A stretch of DNA of 64,000 nt. It comes from an uncultured Lachnospiraceae bacterium. Its GTDB lineage: Bacteria > Bacillota > Clostridia > Lachnospirales > Lachnospiraceae. How positions within the stretch are numbered: the first letter of the stretch is position 1; each line of letters opens with the position of its first letter. The notes beneath the pieces were generated by a model. That model ran no database searches, had not been told where the DNA came from, and worked only from the letters and a program-made list of their open reading frames with translations. Location: NCBI GenBank assembly GCA_948688495.1, contig CAPQSW010000007.1, positions 35,084-99,083 of the forward strand, in the 5' to 3' direction. This document shows positions 47,311-56,305 of this stretch, one piece after another. Position numbers and translations under genes: made by a program.

Positions 47311-50300
47311 ATGAAAGTATGGAAACGAACACTCAGCGCAGTCATGAGTATCTGCCTTGTATTCTCACTTTTTACCGGACCAGACTTTGTCAGTGCAGCA
47401 GCACCTACATATGGGACCCTGGTAAACGGTGCGCTGACAACAAACACCGATGGGTGGACAATTTCAGACGGAGTTCCGTTGACGACAGACAGTGGGGCTA
47501 CGGTTGGATGCAGCATTCAGTCAGGGGATGGAGAAGCTACTCATTTAAGTATTTGGAATAATTCTGCAGAGGAAAAGGTGTTTTCCATGACCCAGACCAT
47601 CAGCAACATGGAGGCGGGATCCTATATTGCGAAATTGGAGTCGGTGGGGAATGGTTCTACAAAACACAACGTTGTCTTAAAAGCGCATAATGATACCAAG
47701 GACACGGAAGTATCCGTAAATGTTAACACAAAGGAATGGAATGTATATGAGAAATCTGAGACAATAGCGCTTGACGTGGCAGAGGGGGATACCGTTACCA
47801 TCAGTATCAGCGGGCCGTTGGAGGCAAAAGGAAGTGGCGACGGTGAATGGTACGGAATTCGAAATGTAGAATTCGAGGCAGCTCCGGGAGAAAAGGCTGC
47901 TATCACAGTCAAGAAGGTTCCGGGTCTTTCTGAAGACTTCATTCATGGTGTGGACGTGTCTACCTATCTGAGCGAGGTGCAGAGCGGCGTGGTCTATAAG
48001 GATGAGAACGGCGTAGAGAAGAATATGTTTGAAATCTTCAAGGACGCCGGCGTCAACTATGTAAGGTTCCGTGTATGGAATTGCCCGTACCGCACAGATA
48101 AAGATGGAAAGATACTCTATACAGATTTTGTGGAAAAGAGTGCAGGCGGCGAGGAAAAGGTGGTATACAATGAATACACCGAGGATCAGGTAACAGCACA
48201 AAAGACCTGGATTGTATCACCGGATGATGCGAAGTCTTTCCAGGGAGCTGGATATAACAGGTATTTCCTGGAAAATGGAACAGAAGTATACCGGGAAGGC
48301 TATGGCGCAGGTAACTGCGACATTGACGCTGCAGTGGAAATGGGTAAAATTGCAACCTATTACGGAATGAAGGTGTTAATTGACTTCCATTATTCCGATT
48401 TTTGGGCTGATCCTAACAAAATGAAATCCCCGAAAGCATGGGATGGCATGAGTATTGAGGAAAAAGCAACAGCTCTTTCCACATATACCAAAGATAGCCT
48501 GAAAAAGTTAAAAGACGCCGGCGTTGATGTGGGCATGGTACAGGTCGGCAATGAGATCAACGGTGGTATGGCAGGAGAGAAGGACTGGGCGAATGTCAGC
48601 AAGCTCTTAGATGCTGGGACCAAGGCAGTCCGCGAAGCTGACCCCAATATTCAGATTGCCATCCACTATGCGGATCCACATAAAGAAGGCTTCCAGTTGG
48701 GAAGGGCAGAGGCTTTGAAGAATGCGAATATTGATTATGATGTATTTGCATCTTCCTATTATTCCTTCTGGCATGGAAGCCCGGAAAATCTTACCGATGT
48801 ATTGAAGGAAATCGCAACAAAATATAATAAAAAGGTTATGGTAGCGGAGGTCTCCTACTGTACGACGACAGGGGATGGAGACGGTGCAGACAATGTTGTA
48901 AATAAGGATACAAGTCCATTAAATTATTTCATTGACGCCCAGGGCGAAGGCCAGGCAGCGGCAGTCCGTGACGCCATTGCAGCAGTGGCAGCAGTGGGCG
49001 ACGCAGGAATCGGAACCTTTTACTGGGAGCCGGCATGGGTTCCGGTAAAGAACTATGCAGGCGCTGAGGCAGACAAGAAAGCAGAAGTTTTAGCGTACAA
49101 TATTGATAAATGGGAGAAATACGGATCCGGCTGGGCATCCATGTGGTCTGGACCTGTTGGTGGCGGTTATGACCCGGGAGTAGATGAAAATGAATCCACC
49201 CATGGTTCCCAGTGGGATAACCAGGCAATGTTTGACTTCAATGGTAAGGCGCTTCCGTCTATCAATGTGTATAAATGGGTGTACACAGGAACGAAGGGAC
49301 CCGTGCGGCCCTCTACGATAGAACAGCCGACTTACACTATGAATTACAAGGCTGCGCCACAGCTTCCGGCTGCAGTAAAGGTTAATCTTAATGATGGCAG
49401 GGTCTTGGAAGATATAGCCGTAACTTGGAATGCGGCTCAGGTAGAAGCGTTAAAGACAGCGGACTACGGAGAATATACGGTAGAGGGAAGTCTTGCATCC
49501 TTCACCTATGACTCTGATGGAGATACCATTACCGTGCCGGCAGGCGAACAGGAGACGACCTGTGCTGTAACAATTACTGGAACGAATGTCCTGCCAAACG
49601 GAAGTTTTGAGGATGGCCAGGGAGACTGGGTGAAAACGTCAAGTACTAACTTCAAGACAACTGGAGCCGGCGGAGATGCAAAGGATGGAAAGAATTTCTT
49701 TGATGCATGGACAGAAGGAACAACGACAGACTTTAGGGTATTGCAGACATTGACGGGTGACAACCTTCCTGCAAGTGGAAAGTACATGTTGTTCGGCTAT
49801 TATCAGGGAACAACGGTAAAAGGCATCTCAGAGGATGCCTCAGGCTTAGTTGCAATTGTTAAATATAAGAATGGAAAGGCTAAGGTTTACAAAGGCGGAA
49901 TCCAGATCCCGAATACCTGGAAGATATTCTATCAGGCAAAGACAAGAGACATTGTGATTAACAGTAATGTGGAAAGCGTTACAATTGTCAGCCGCCTGAT
50001 CTATACAAATGGATGGGCGGTTGTAGATGATATTAATTTGATGAAAACAGATGACTTGACAACCGATGAAGCATCATATCAGCCCGCAGCTTCCGATACT
50101 TACACTTTGACGCTTAAAGACGGGGAAACTGTGTTGGGTACAGAGACGGTAGAAGCCGGAGCATCAGCAACCGCACCGACCAAAGAAGGATATACGTTTG
50201 ACGGCTGGGATTTGGCAGGTGATTATGTATTCTCCGATTTGACGTTGAGTGCAAAGTGGAAAAAGAATGACGATACGGGCAATACGAAGACTTACACCGT

Positions 50301-51012
50301 AATATTTAAAGACGGCGATAAGGTATTAAAGACCGAGACCGTAGAAGAAGGAAAGGCAGCAACTGCGCCGGCAGCGCCGACCAAAGCAGGCTATACCTTT
50401 GATGGCTGGGACAAAGCGTTTAATAATGTGACTGCTAATCTGACGGTAACGGCAAAGTGGAAACAGAACCAGGGAACGCAGGATAAGAAATACACAGTTA
50501 CCTTCAACGTGAACGGTGGAAAATCCATCAAGACCAAGACTAAGAGCGTTACCGCCGGCAAGACCTATGGCACGCTGCCAAAGGTAACACGTAAAGGATA
50601 TACCTTCAGCGGCTGGTATACGGCAAAATCAGGCGGACAGAAGATTGGCAGCTCCACAAAGGTAACAATTACTAAGAACACCACATTGTATGCACGCTGG
50701 GCAAAGGTTGCAAAGCCTGGAAAGGTTAAGAAACCTACGGTTAAGAACAGCAAGAAGAATACGATTAAGGTTACCTTTAAGAAAGTAAAAGGCGCGCAGG
50801 GGTATGAAATTCGCTATGCGACGAAATCGAACATGAAGGGCGCGAAGAAGGTAACGACAAAGAAGACCAGCAGCACGATTAAGAATAAGAAGCTGATAAA
50901 GAAAGGACGCACCTGTTATGTTCAGGTTCGTGCATATAAAACAGATTCTGCTGGCAGCAAGGTATACAGCAAGTCATACAGCACAAAAGTAAAAATTAAG
51001 ATTAAGAAGTAA
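47311..51012 (+). CDS. Multimodular GH53 endo-beta-1,4-galactanase (CBM-like domains, InlB B-repeats, FN3-like tail)
   Basis: 'FIHGVDVS', 'GVNYVRFRVW', 'IDFHYSDFWADP', 'QVGNE', 'MVAEVSY', 'FYWEPAW', 'NQAMFDFNG'; 'PTKEGYTFDGW' repeats. Confidence 0.93.
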   Translation: MKVWKRTLSAVMSICLVFSLFTGPDFVSAAAPTYGTLVNGALTTNTDGWTISDGVPLTTDSGATVGCSIQSGDGEATHLSIWNNSAEEKVFSMTQTISNMEAGSYIAKLESVGNGSTKHNVVLKAHNDTKDTEVSVNVNTKEWNVYEKSETIALDVAEGDTVTISISGPLEAKGSGDGEWYGIRNVEFEAAPGEKAAITVKKVPGLSEDFIHGVDVSTYLSEVQSGVVYKDENGVEKNMFEIFKDAGVNYVRFRVWNCPYRTDKDGKILYTDFVEKSAGGEEKVVYNEYTEDQVTAQKTWIVSPDDAKSFQGAGYNRYFLENGTEVYREGYGAGNCDIDAAVEMGKIATYYGMKVLIDFHYSDFWADPNKMKSPKAWDGMSIEEKATALSTYTKDSLKKLKDAGVDVGMVQVGNEINGGMAGEKDWANVSKLLDAGTKAVREADPNIQIAIHYADPHKEGFQLGRAEALKNANIDYDVFASSYYSFWHGSPENLTDVLKEIATKYNKKVMVAEVSYCTTTGDGDGADNVVNKDTSPLNYFIDAQGEGQAAAVRDAIAAVAAVGDAGIGTFYWEPAWVPVKNYAGAEADKKAEVLAYNIDKWEKYGSGWASMWSGPVGGGYDPGVDENESTHGSQWDNQAMFDFNGKALPSINVYKWVYTGTKGPVRPSTIEQPTYTMNYKAAPQLPAAVKVNLNDGRVLEDIAVTWNAAQVEALKTADYGEYTVEGSLASFTYDSDGDTITVPAGEQETTCAVTITGTNVLPNGSFEDGQGDWVKTSSTNFKTTGAGGDAKDGKNFFDAWTEGTTTDFRVLQTLTGDNLPASGKYMLFGYYQGTTVKGISEDASGLVAIVKYKNGKAKVYKGGIQIPNTWKIFYQAKTRDIVINSNVESVTIVSRLIYTNGWAVVDDINLMKTDDLTTDEASYQPAASDTYTLTLKDGETVLGTETVEAGASATAPTKEGYTFDGWDLAGDYVFSDLTLSAKWKKNDDTGNTKTYTVIFKDGDKVLKTETVEEGKAATAPAAPTKAGYTFDGWDKAFNNVTANLTVTAKWKQNQGTQDKKYTVTFNVNGGKSIKTKTKSVTAGKTYGTLPKVTRKGYTFSGWYTAKSGGQKIGSSTKVTITKNTTLYARWAKVAKPGKVKKPTVKNSKKNTIKVTFKKVKGAQGYEIRYATKSNMKGAKKVTTKKTSSTIKNKKLIKKGRTCYVQVRAYKTDSAGSKVYSKSYSTKVKIKIKK

Positions 51013-51074
51013 AATGTCGAACTGTTTTTCCTCAAAGCAGAAACTGATTGTAACAAAAATGCAGAAAAATATAT

Positions 51075-51135
51075 TACGATAACATCAATAAAAGGATGGG
51101 ACAAAGCGTCTCATCCTTTTATTGATGTTATCGTA
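51075..51135. terminator. 28-bp-arm inverted repeat between convergent genes
   Basis: TACGATAACATCAATAAAAGGATGGGAC-AAAGC-GTCTCATCCTTTTATTGATGTTATCGTA (one G-T). Confidence 0.85.
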
Positions 51136-51146
51136 TGGAATCCAGC

Positions 51147-51554
51147 CTAAAAATTCCCCTTAATTAAGTCATCCAGCGTAATGTTATAAAAAAAATCATG
51201 TACAAGAGCGTCGTATTTCTGCCACAATGGCAACGTAATGCAGCTTTCTTTTCTCGGGCAGTCTTTCGCTGTGGGAGTCAGACAGGCAACCGGGGCGAGC
51301 GGTCCGTCAGTAAGTTCAATGATTTCTCCGATAATATAATCTTCGGGCGCGCGCGTCAGCTTATAGCCGCCGCCTTTGCCCCGGAGTCCGGTCAGCATCT
51401 TTCCGGTTACAAGCATTTTCAAAATAATTTCCAGATATTTCTCAGAAATCTCCTGCCGTGCGGCAATCTCTTTCAGGGGAATATATTTATTTTCCTGATG
51501 CTGTGCAAGGTCAATCATAACCCTGAGTGCGTAACGTGCTTTTGTTGAAATCAT
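51147..51554 (-). CDS. Rrf2 family regulator (IscR/CymR-like, three Cys)
   Basis: 'STKARYALR', 'ISEKYLE', 'RGKGGGY.L', C-x8-C-x5-C. Confidence 0.92.
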   Translation of the reverse strand: MISTKARYALRVMIDLAQHQENKYIPLKEIAARQEISEKYLEIILKMLVTGKMLTGLRGKGGGYKLTRAPEDYIIGEIIELTDGPLAPVACLTPTAKDCPRKESCITLPLWQKYDALVHDFFYNITLDDLIKGNF

Positions 51555-51680
51555 AAGCTTACCTCCGTCTGTCTGTTCTTTTTATTATACCTCCTGGGGT
51601 TTAAATTATCAACAAAAACCCATAAACATATGTAAGAAATAGGGAAGACTGAAGAATTTTCTGAAATATATTGTCTGGTC

Positions 51681-51729
51681 TTGACATTTTCTTACTAAAA
51701 CATTACAATGTACTTAGTAATACAAGGTA
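51681..51729 (+). promoter_or_regulatory. SigA promoter and probable PadR autoregulatory operator
   Basis: TTGACA-N17-TACAAT, then imperfect palindrome TACTTAGTAATACAAGGTA (51711-51729). Confidence 0.7.
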
Positions 51730-51741
51730 TAGAGGTAGACT

Positions 51742-52077
51742 ATGAATGAAAAATACGAAAGGCAGATGAAAAAAGGGGTTTTGGACATGATAGTCTTAAA
51801 GCTGCTTGCCAATGAAGCGAAGTATGGGTATCAGATCATACAGGAGATGAGGGAAAAGGGCGGGGAGATATTTTCGCTGAAGGATGGGACGCTATATCCA
51901 ATTTTGTACCGCCTGGAAGATGATGGTCTTGTGAAAGCCAGGTGGAGTGAAGCCGAGGGGAAGCAGGTTGCAAGGAAATATTATGAGATTACCGGTGCGG
52001 GCCGTCAGGCATTGGAGGAAATCGAAGCAGTCTGGGAACGCATTTCTACTGGCATATCGAAGATAATGGAGGATTAG
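51742..52077 (+). CDS. PadR family transcriptional regulator
   Basis: 'YGYQII', 'GTLYPILYRLE..GLV', 'RKYYEIT..G'. Confidence 0.95.
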   Translation: MNEKYERQMKKGVLDMIVLKLLANEAKYGYQIIQEMREKGGEIFSLKDGTLYPILYRLEDDGLVKARWSEAEGKQVARKYYEITGAGRQALEEIEAVWERISTGISKIMED

Positions 52078-52728
52078 ATGATGAATGCAAACCAATATGT
52101 GAATGCCGTTGCAAGAAAGATAAGATGCAGCGGGAAGAGGAAGAAAGAGATTAAAAAACAGCTTTTAACAGATATTCATATGCGCTTGGAGCAGGGTGAG
52201 GAACTTAAGGAGGTTTTTTCCCGGATGGGAACGGTTCAGGAAATTGCCGATGGGTTCAATGAGAGCATTTCCCAGAATGAGCAGAAGAAGTACCGCCGGA
52301 ATAAAGTGTTAAAAATCATAATTCCCATTGTAGTGGTATTGATCCTGCTGGCGGCATTTGTCTGTTGGATACTTCCCCGTGGATATGCGATAGACCAGAG
52401 CGAGTATTTTGATGAAGCCCGGGTTGAGGCCGCAATGAAAGAAACAATAGAGCTGTTGGATGCGGAGGCGTATGATGCCCTGCAGGAAAATGCTATTTCG
52501 CAGATGCAGCCGTTTCTAAATAAAAAGGAAATGGCTAAGATTAAAGGCACGATATCTGATGACTGGGGAGAAAGACAGCAGTTTGGTACAGTCTATATGA
52601 CGGAACTTGTACAGGGAAATACGCATCTGGCAGTAGGAGAGGTTACGGTTGTCTATGAGAATGTAACTGTAACATATCGTTTGTCCTATGATAAGGAAAT
52701 GCGCCTGGCGGGATTATATGTGAGGTAG
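52078..52728 (+). CDS. Membrane-anchored PadR partner (HAAS-like N-term, TM, DUF3887-like C-term)
   Basis: Helical N-term ending 'RMGTVQEIA'; one TM; C-term 'VVYENVTVTYRLSYDKEMRLAGLY'. Confidence 0.65.
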   Translation: MMNANQYVNAVARKIRCSGKRKKEIKKQLLTDIHMRLEQGEELKEVFSRMGTVQEIADGFNESISQNEQKKYRRNKVLKIIIPIVVVLILLAAFVCWILPRGYAIDQSEYFDEARVEAAMKETIELLDAEAYDALQENAISQMQPFLNKKEMAKIKGTISDDWGERQQFGTVYMTELVQGNTHLAVGEVTVVYENVTVTYRLSYDKEMRLAGLYVR

Positions 52729-52763
52729 GATTTGGTGATATAGATCAAGAAAAAGGTGATGTT

Positions 52764-53123
52764 ATGACAGCGGAAAGCATTATTTGTATGGTGATTGTGG
52801 CTATCAGTGCAATGCCAATGATTATAATCGGGATTAGCCAATATAGAAGCAAGAAGCCGGTAGGCTTTTGGAGCGGCAAGGAGCCGCCAAAGAAGGAGCA
52901 GATTACAGATGTAAAAGCATATAATCAAAAACATGGGATTATGTGGATCGTTTATGGCGCCGGATTTTTCCTCTGTTTCGCATTGGCGGTTCCCTTTGGT
53001 GAAAAGCTGGCGCTTGTTGCCGTGGGTCTTGGTACGATAGAGTGTATCGGAGGCATATTTGTCATGATTGCATATCATAATAAGCTGAATCGCAGGTACT
53101 ACCGTGAGGAGGGAGTACAGTAG
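52764..53123 (+). CDS. Hypothetical 3-TM membrane protein
   Basis: Hydrophobic segments; 'KPVGFWSG...DVKAYN'. Confidence 0.7.
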   Translation: MTAESIICMVIVAISAMPMIIIGISQYRSKKPVGFWSGKEPPKKEQITDVKAYNQKHGIMWIVYGAGFFLCFALAVPFGEKLALVAVGLGTIECIGGIFVMIAYHNKLNRRYYREEGVQ

Positions 53124-53168
53124 GTATGGAATCGCAGGCGGTTTGATTTCACGGCAACACAGGCAGCG

Positions 53169-53738
53169 TCAGCTTAGATAGTTTTCGAGAAAGTATTGAT
53201 GAATCCGCGTATCGTCTCCAAGCTCCGGGTGGAAGGCAACGGCAAGCTGGTTCCGGTACTGTACGCCGACAATGCGTCCCTCCACCTGAGCAAGAATTTT
53301 AACATCCTGTGATGCCTCTGTCACATAGGGCGCGCGGATAAATTCCATGGGAAATATGCCGACGCCCAGGAAATTCCCTTCCGCATAATGAAAGCTTCCG
53401 AGTTGCCTGCCGTAGGCATTACGCTTTACGGTGACCGGAAGCGTGCCGATATGTACGGTATCATCGCCGGAAATTTGTTCTGCGAGGAGAATCAGGCCGG
53501 CGCAGGTGGCCAGCACAGGGAGTCCGTTTTCTATTCTGTCACGGATTGGCTCGAGCATGTGAAGTTCCCGCAAAAGCTTTCCCTGTACCGTGCTTTCACC
53601 GCCCGGCAGGATTAATCCGTCAAAATCTTCCGCTAAATCGCCCGCCTTGCGCAACTGTATGGTCTGCACACCCAGCTTGTGCATTACATTTTCGTGTTCC
53701 AGGAAAGCGCCCTGTACTGCCAAAACTGCTATTTTCAT
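53169..53738 (-). CDS. pdxT: PLP synthase glutaminase subunit
   Basis: 'LAVQGAF.EH', 'PGGEST', 'TCAGLILL', 'FIRAP', 'FHPEL'. Confidence 0.96.
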   Translation of the reverse strand: MKIAVLAVQGAFLEHENVMHKLGVQTIQLRKAGDLAEDFDGLILPGGESTVQGKLLRELHMLEPIRDRIENGLPVLATCAGLILLAEQISGDDTVHIGTLPVTVKRNAYGRQLGSFHYAEGNFLGVGIFPMEFIRAPYVTEASQDVKILAQVEGRIVGVQYRNQLAVAFHPELGDDTRIHQYFLENYLS

Positions 53739-53822
53739 ATCAATCCTCCTCGTTCTCCATTCGTTGTCATCTTTCCATTCTCAAGCGGCTCTTTCGCATT
53801 ATCTCATATTATGCATTGCCTT

Positions 53823-54695
53823 TTATTTCCCGCGTTCTGCCATCAGCAGTTCGATTTCATCCGCATTGATGCCGACCATCGCCTCGCCTAAATCCTCCGA
53901 CAGCTCGGCAATCATTGCTGCATCCGTATAGTTTGTTACTGCCTTTACGATGGCGTTGGCACGTTTCTCGGGATTGCCCGATTTAAAAATACCGGAACCA
54001 ACGAACACGCCTTCCGCGCCGAGCTGCATCATCAGCGCCGCATCTGCTGGGGTTGCCACACCGCCAGCTGCAAAGTTTACGACGGGAAGCTTCTGGTTGT
54101 TATGGACATATTGGACTAAATCATAAGGCACGCACAGCCGTTTTGCCTCATCAAACAGTTCATCCTCCCGCATGGAGGAAATCTTTGCGATAGCGCGGTT
54201 CATCATGCGCATATGGTGTACCGCCTGTACGACATCGCCGGTTCCTGGTTCGCCTTTGGTTCGGATCATAGATGCGCCTTCATTAATCCGGCGAAGCGCT
54301 TCTCCCAAATCCTTAGCGCCGCATACGAAGGGAACACGGAATTTTGTCTTATCAATATGGTAGATGTCGTCTGCCGGTGAGAGTACTTCACTCTCATCAA
54401 TATAATCAATCTCAATGGCTTCCAATAACTGCGCTTCCACAAAATGTCCAATACGGCATTTTGCCATAACCGGGATAGACACGGCCTTTTGTATGCCGCG
54501 TATCATTTTTGGGTCGCTCATGCGGGAAACACCTCCGGCAGCCCGTATATCTGCTGGGATCCGTTCAAGCGCCATGACGGCACAGGCGCCCGAGGCTTCT
54601 GCAATCTTTGCCTGTTCCGGTGTCGTGACGTCCATGATGACGCCGCCTTTTAACATCTGTGCCAGTTCTTTGTTCAATTCATATTGTCTGTTCAT
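53823..54695 (-). CDS. pdxS: PLP synthase lyase subunit
   Basis: 'LKGGVIMDV', 'MAKCRIGH', '[10 protein letters not shown]', '[13 protein letters not shown]'. Confidence 0.97.
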   Translation of the reverse strand: MNRQYELNKELAQMLKGGVIMDVTTPEQAKIAEASGACAVMALERIPADIRAAGGVSRMSDPKMIRGIQKAVSIPVMAKCRIGHFVEAQLLEAIEIDYIDESEVLSPADDIYHIDKTKFRVPFVCGAKDLGEALRRINEGASMIRTKGEPGTGDVVQAVHHMRMMNRAIAKISSMREDELFDEAKRLCVPYDLVQYVHNNQKLPVVNFAAGGVATPADAALMMQLGAEGVFVGSGIFKSGNPEKRANAIVKAVTNYTDAAMIAELSEDLGEAMVGINADEIELLMAERGK

Positions 54696-54754
54696 TGTCT
54701 CTCTCTCTTTCATTTTATGGTTTACAAATGGACTTTTTATACAGTATACTATTA

Positions 54755-54801
54755 CTGACCATATTAAAATACCCAATTTAAATATAGCCAGTATAGTCAG
54801 A
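54755..54801. promoter_or_regulatory. Probable PdxR operator in the divergent pdxS/pdxR region
   Basis: Inverted pair CTGACCATA...TATAGTCAG. Confidence 0.5.
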
Positions 54802-54819
54802 ATGGAGGGACTTTGCAGA

Positions 54820-56226
54820 ATGTTGACCTATTCGTTTGCAGATATAGGGTCAGAAAGCCTGTATCATCATCTTTACCAATGTATTAAAAATGATATCTTA
54901 TCCGGGGTGCTTTCTGCTGGGATGAAGCTGCCGTCGAAGCGCAGTTTTGCTAAAAATCTGGGTGTGAGCAATATTACGGTGGAGAATGCGTATGCTCAGC
55001 TACAGGCAGAAGGGTATATTTATTCCATTGCCAAAAAAGGATTCTATGTCAGGGAAATATCTGACCTTACAATTCCCATCTGTGTGCCGCATGCGGACAG
55101 GTTGGGGCAAAATGCTTTGCATAAGCAGTATGTTGTTGATTTTGTGAGCAACCGCATCAATCCAGAGCAGTTTCCGTTTTCTGTCTGGTCAAAGCTGCTT
55201 AGGGAAACGCTTTTAAACCGTCATGAAGAACTGCTCGAAATGCCCCCGTGGGGGGGAATTTCGGAGCTGCGGAAGGCAATTGGCTGTCAGTTAAAAGAAT
55301 TTCGCAATATGGACGTCTCGGCAAAGCAGATTATTGTCGGGGCAGGGACGGAATATCTGTATGGTTTGCTCATTCAGCTTCTGGGACGGGATAAAATCTA
55401 TGCGGTGGAAGATCCGGGCTATCATAAAATAGCAAAAATTTATGAAAGTAATGATGTGCAATACCGCTGCATTCCGGTGGGAAGAAACGGGATGGACGTG
55501 GATTTGCTGGAAGAATCTGGTTCTCATGTGGCGCATTTGTCGCCGTCTCATCACTTTCCAACCGGAATTGTGACGCCGATTGGAAAGCGGTATGAGCTTC
55601 TTAGCTGGGCAACCAGGAGGGAGGGACGCTATATCATTGAAGATGATTATGATTCCGAATTTCGTCTTTCCGGAAAACCGATCCCTACACTTCAGGGCAT
55701 TGACAGATCGGAACGGGTAATCTATATGAATACCTTTACCAAAAGCCTTGCTTCCACTATCCGTATCAGCTATATGGTACTGCCGCAGCATCTGTTGCAG
55801 GAATTTGAAAAAAGGCTGTCTTTTTACTCCTGTACGGTATCCAACTTTGAACAGTACACGCTAGCGCGTTTTATTGAAGAAGGCTATTTTGAAAAGCATA
55901 TCAACCGTATGCGCACATATTACCGCCGCATCCGGGATGAGCTGGTGGATGCCATCAAAGGAAGTTCTCTTGCCTCCTGCTGTAAAATCATGGAGGAAGA
56001 CGCGGGACTGCATTTTCTGCTTCGGATAGATTCAGGGTTGTCAGATGAGGAGCTTCTGCAGAGGATGGAGCGGGCCGGTATCCGCATTTCCGGGCTGTCG
56101 GAGTATTATTATGACAGGACGCAGGAGGTTCCGACCCATACCTTTATTATCAATTACTCCGGGCTTTCCACCGGAAAGATTTCAGATGTAGTGAAAATGT
56201 TTACGAAATGCATTTTTGTTGGATAA
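54820..56226 (+). CDS. pdxR: MocR/GabR-family PLP-sensing regulator (PdxR-like)
   Basis: GntR HTH 'KLPSKR...[11 protein letters not shown]' plus aminotransferase-like '[10 protein letters not shown]'; divergent from pdxST. Confidence 0.85.
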   Translation: MLTYSFADIGSESLYHHLYQCIKNDILSGVLSAGMKLPSKRSFAKNLGVSNITVENAYAQLQAEGYIYSIAKKGFYVREISDLTIPICVPHADRLGQNALHKQYVVDFVSNRINPEQFPFSVWSKLLRETLLNRHEELLEMPPWGGISELRKAIGCQLKEFRNMDVSAKQIIVGAGTEYLYGLLIQLLGRDKIYAVEDPGYHKIAKIYESNDVQYRCIPVGRNGMDVDLLEESGSHVAHLSPSHHFPTGIVTPIGKRYELLSWATRREGRYIIEDDYDSEFRLSGKPIPTLQGIDRSERVIYMNTFTKSLASTIRISYMVLPQHLLQEFEKRLSFYSCTVSNFEQYTLARFIEEGYFEKHINRMRTYYRRIRDELVDAIKGSSLASCCKIMEEDAGLHFLLRIDSGLSDEELLQRMERAGIRISGLSEYYYDRTQEVPTHTFIINYSGLSTGKISDVVKMFTKCIFVG

Positions 56227-56305
56227 CAATTGGTAAATTTTGATATACCACTTTATGGCCGAATCTGATATAATGATAAAAAATTATAAAGGAGGCATTT
56301 TTCTA

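Noticed and set aside
54415..54819. 135-aa N-terminal extension of the PdxR ORF
   Set aside because: Overlaps pdxS antisense; the GntR domain and a GGAGG RBS support a start at 54820
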